Assembly (NCBI GenBank): GCA_045690015.1
Contig: CP145877.1
Coordinates: 120,001 to 152,000, forward strand
Source of the DNA: Candidatus Saccharimonadota bacterium
GTDB taxonomy: Bacteria; Pseudomonadota; Gammaproteobacteria; Enterobacterales; Enterobacteriaceae
Reading direction: 5' to 3'
Length of the DNA: 32,000 bases
The notes below the pieces were generated by a model. The model searched no databases. It was not told the DNA's origin and saw only the letters and a list, made by a program, of their open reading frames with translations. How positions within the stretch are numbered: position 1 is the first letter of the stretch; every line of letters begins with the position of its first letter. Made by a program: the position numbers and the translations under genes. Positions 30,735 through 32,000 of this stretch are shown here, piece by piece.

Positions 30735-30942
30735 GTGGAGATCCGTTTGTTAAAGTTCAGTGAAAATATAGAAAGAATAATTCCTGCATTTTTATCCTGG
30801 TTTTTCTTTGCATGTTAGCAGGAGTAATAAATAAGTATTTTACAAAAAGACTTGGACCTAAGAGATAGTTCAACAGTAACACTATTTTATTTGCATATCT
30901 TTCTTTATGGAGATTTAAAGCTGGTCATTAGAGGAAATTATT
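30735..30942 (+). pseudogene. cdsA: Highly eroded cdsA relic (three short fragments in three frames, about 0.2 kb instead of about 0.86 kb)
   Basis: Frame A (30747-30818) reads LLKFSENIERIIPAFLSWFFFAC*, compared with the CdsA N-terminus MLKYRLISAFVLIPVVIAALFLL. Frame B (30818-30868) reads AGVINKYFTKRLGPKR*, compared with SGAYMFGKLFGKHKLAPKV. Frame C (30864-30941) reads DSSTVTLFYLHIFLYGDLKLVIRGNYY, compared with the C-terminus DSLTAAVPVFACLLLLVFRTL. The fragments are colinear and sit at the syntenic uppS|rseP position. Confidence 0.55.
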
Positions 30943-32000
30943 ATGTTAGATATACTCCAAACTATAACCGTTTTTATTATAGCAATGAGTATTTTAATTA
31001 CAGTCCATGAGTATGGACATTTTTTGGTTGCTAGACGTTGTGGAGTATTTATTGAATGTTTTTCAATTGGTTTTGGCAAGACATTGATATCTTGGTATGA
31101 CCGTTATGGTACTCGCTATATAATATGTCTATTTCCATTTGGTGGATATGTTAAAATGTTCAGTACAAATACTAGCGCCACTTACATTAGAACTAATTTA
31201 CAACCTAAACAAAACTTTAATAATCAAAGTTTATTACATCAAGCAGCTATTATAAGTGCAGGTCCTATTGCTAATTTTATTTTAGCAATAATTTGCTACT
31301 GGGTAGTTTTTGTATATGGTATAACTAATATCAAACCTATCATACATGAAGTAAAAGAAGGATCAATAGCATTTCAGTCGGGAATTCCACGTAATATGGA
31401 ATTTAAATCTATTGGTGATATTGAAACTTATAACTGGAATGATGTACGTATGGCATTAATCACACAAATAGGTTCAAATATTCCTGTAAAACTGGTACCT
31501 TTTAACCAAGTATCTACTAAGGAAATTGTGAAATCAATTAATTTACATAATTGGCATATTAATCCCAATCTACAAGATCCCATAATTTCAATTGGTATTC
31601 AGCCTTATCAATCAAAAACAGAATTCCTTTTAGATAGAATTTCTCCTTATTCAATTGCAAGCAAAATTGGTTTACAGGATGGAGATAAAATTTTAAAAGT
31701 AAATGGTCAGCAATTAAAAAATTGGCCTGATCTAATGAAATTAATATGTGATAATTTTAATCATACTATTAAATTAGTAATAAAACGAAACTCACAAATC
31801 TTTTCAGTTTATTTAAGTTCCAATCGGAAAGATGGTGTGTGGAAGAATGGAAAATGCTTTTTCGGTGCCATTCCCCATTATGTTCCGTTAGATGATAGAT
31901 TCAAAAATCAGCAAAAGTATAATCCGATTGCTGCTGTTTTAGGTGCTGAAAGAAAAACTTGGCAATTATCTAAATTAACCTTTCGCATCTTGAAAAAAGT
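30943..32000 (+). CDS. rseP: Regulator of sigma-E protease RseP (site-2 zinc metalloprotease), 5' part; runs off the window end
   Basis: This gene is not in the ORF track because it has no stop in the window. A GAGGAA SD lies at 30931-36 and the ATG at 30943. MLDILQTITVFIIAMSILITVHEYGHFLVARRCGVFIECFSIGFGK aligns with E. coli [46 protein letters not shown], including the HExxH motif. Further matches are GGYVKM, AAIISAGPIANFI and PDZ-region LQDGDKILKVNGQ. The frame is open for 352 codons to position 32000. Confidence 0.93.
   Translation, partial: MLDILQTITVFIIAMSILITVHEYGHFLVARRCGVFIECFSIGFGKTLISWYDRYGTRYIICLFPFGGYVKMFSTNTSATYIRTNLQPKQNFNNQSLLHQAAIISAGPIANFILAIICYWVVFVYGITNIKPIIHEVKEGSIAFQSGIPRNMEFKSIGDIETYNWNDVRMALITQIGSNIPVKLVPFNQVSTKEIVKSINLHNWHINPNLQDPIISIGIQPYQSKTEFLLDRISPYSIASKIGLQDGDKILKVNGQQLKNWPDLMKLICDNFNHTIKLVIKRNSQIFSVYLSSNRKDGVWKNGKCFFGAIPHYVPLDDRFKNQQKYNPIAAVLGAERKTWQLSKLTFRILKK

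Overview
This window is very AT-rich, tightly packed housekeeping DNA with E. coli-like genes. It reads as part of a reduced-genome, Enterobacterales-derived obligate insect endosymbiont chromosome (Blochmannia/Wigglesworthia/Buchnera style). I cannot assign the species from the sequence alone. I can support 27 intact protein genes: yebC (partial), aspS, cmoA, cmoB, argS, putA, fabI, rnb, fumC, recB, sodA, fbp, tusE, yqjD, yqjE, yqjK, a 2-Cys peroxiredoxin, tgt, yajC, map, rpsB, tsf, pyrH, frr, dxr, uppS and rseP (partial). There are also two tRNA-Ser genes (anticodons GGA and UGA) and the RNase P RNA (rnpB). Every track ORF that is not an antisense or shadow artefact has a recognisable E. coli orthologue with catalytic motifs intact. 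I see no transposase, integrase, phage, CRISPR, toxin-antitoxin or defence-like gene, and no long unexplained ORF or repeat array. I therefore do NOT find a novel biological system here and will not invent one. The signals most worth a second look are genome-erosion scars and unusual retained genes. (1) A shattered three-frame relic of cdsA sits between uppS and rseP. (2) A frameshifted 5' relic of secD lies after yajC, with secDF otherwise gone. (3) An 11-nt recB/fumC overlap occupies the place where recD normally sits. (4) A full-length trifunctional putA keeps its DNA-binding domain but has no adjacent putP. (5) The stationary-phase ribosome-tethering cluster yqjD-yqjE-yqjK is retained. (6) tRNA-Ser(GGA) has an inflated variable loop and no encoded CCA. 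All homology statements come from my recall of E. coli K-12 protein and RNA sequences, not from a database search, and should be confirmed by BLAST, HMM or Rfam searches.
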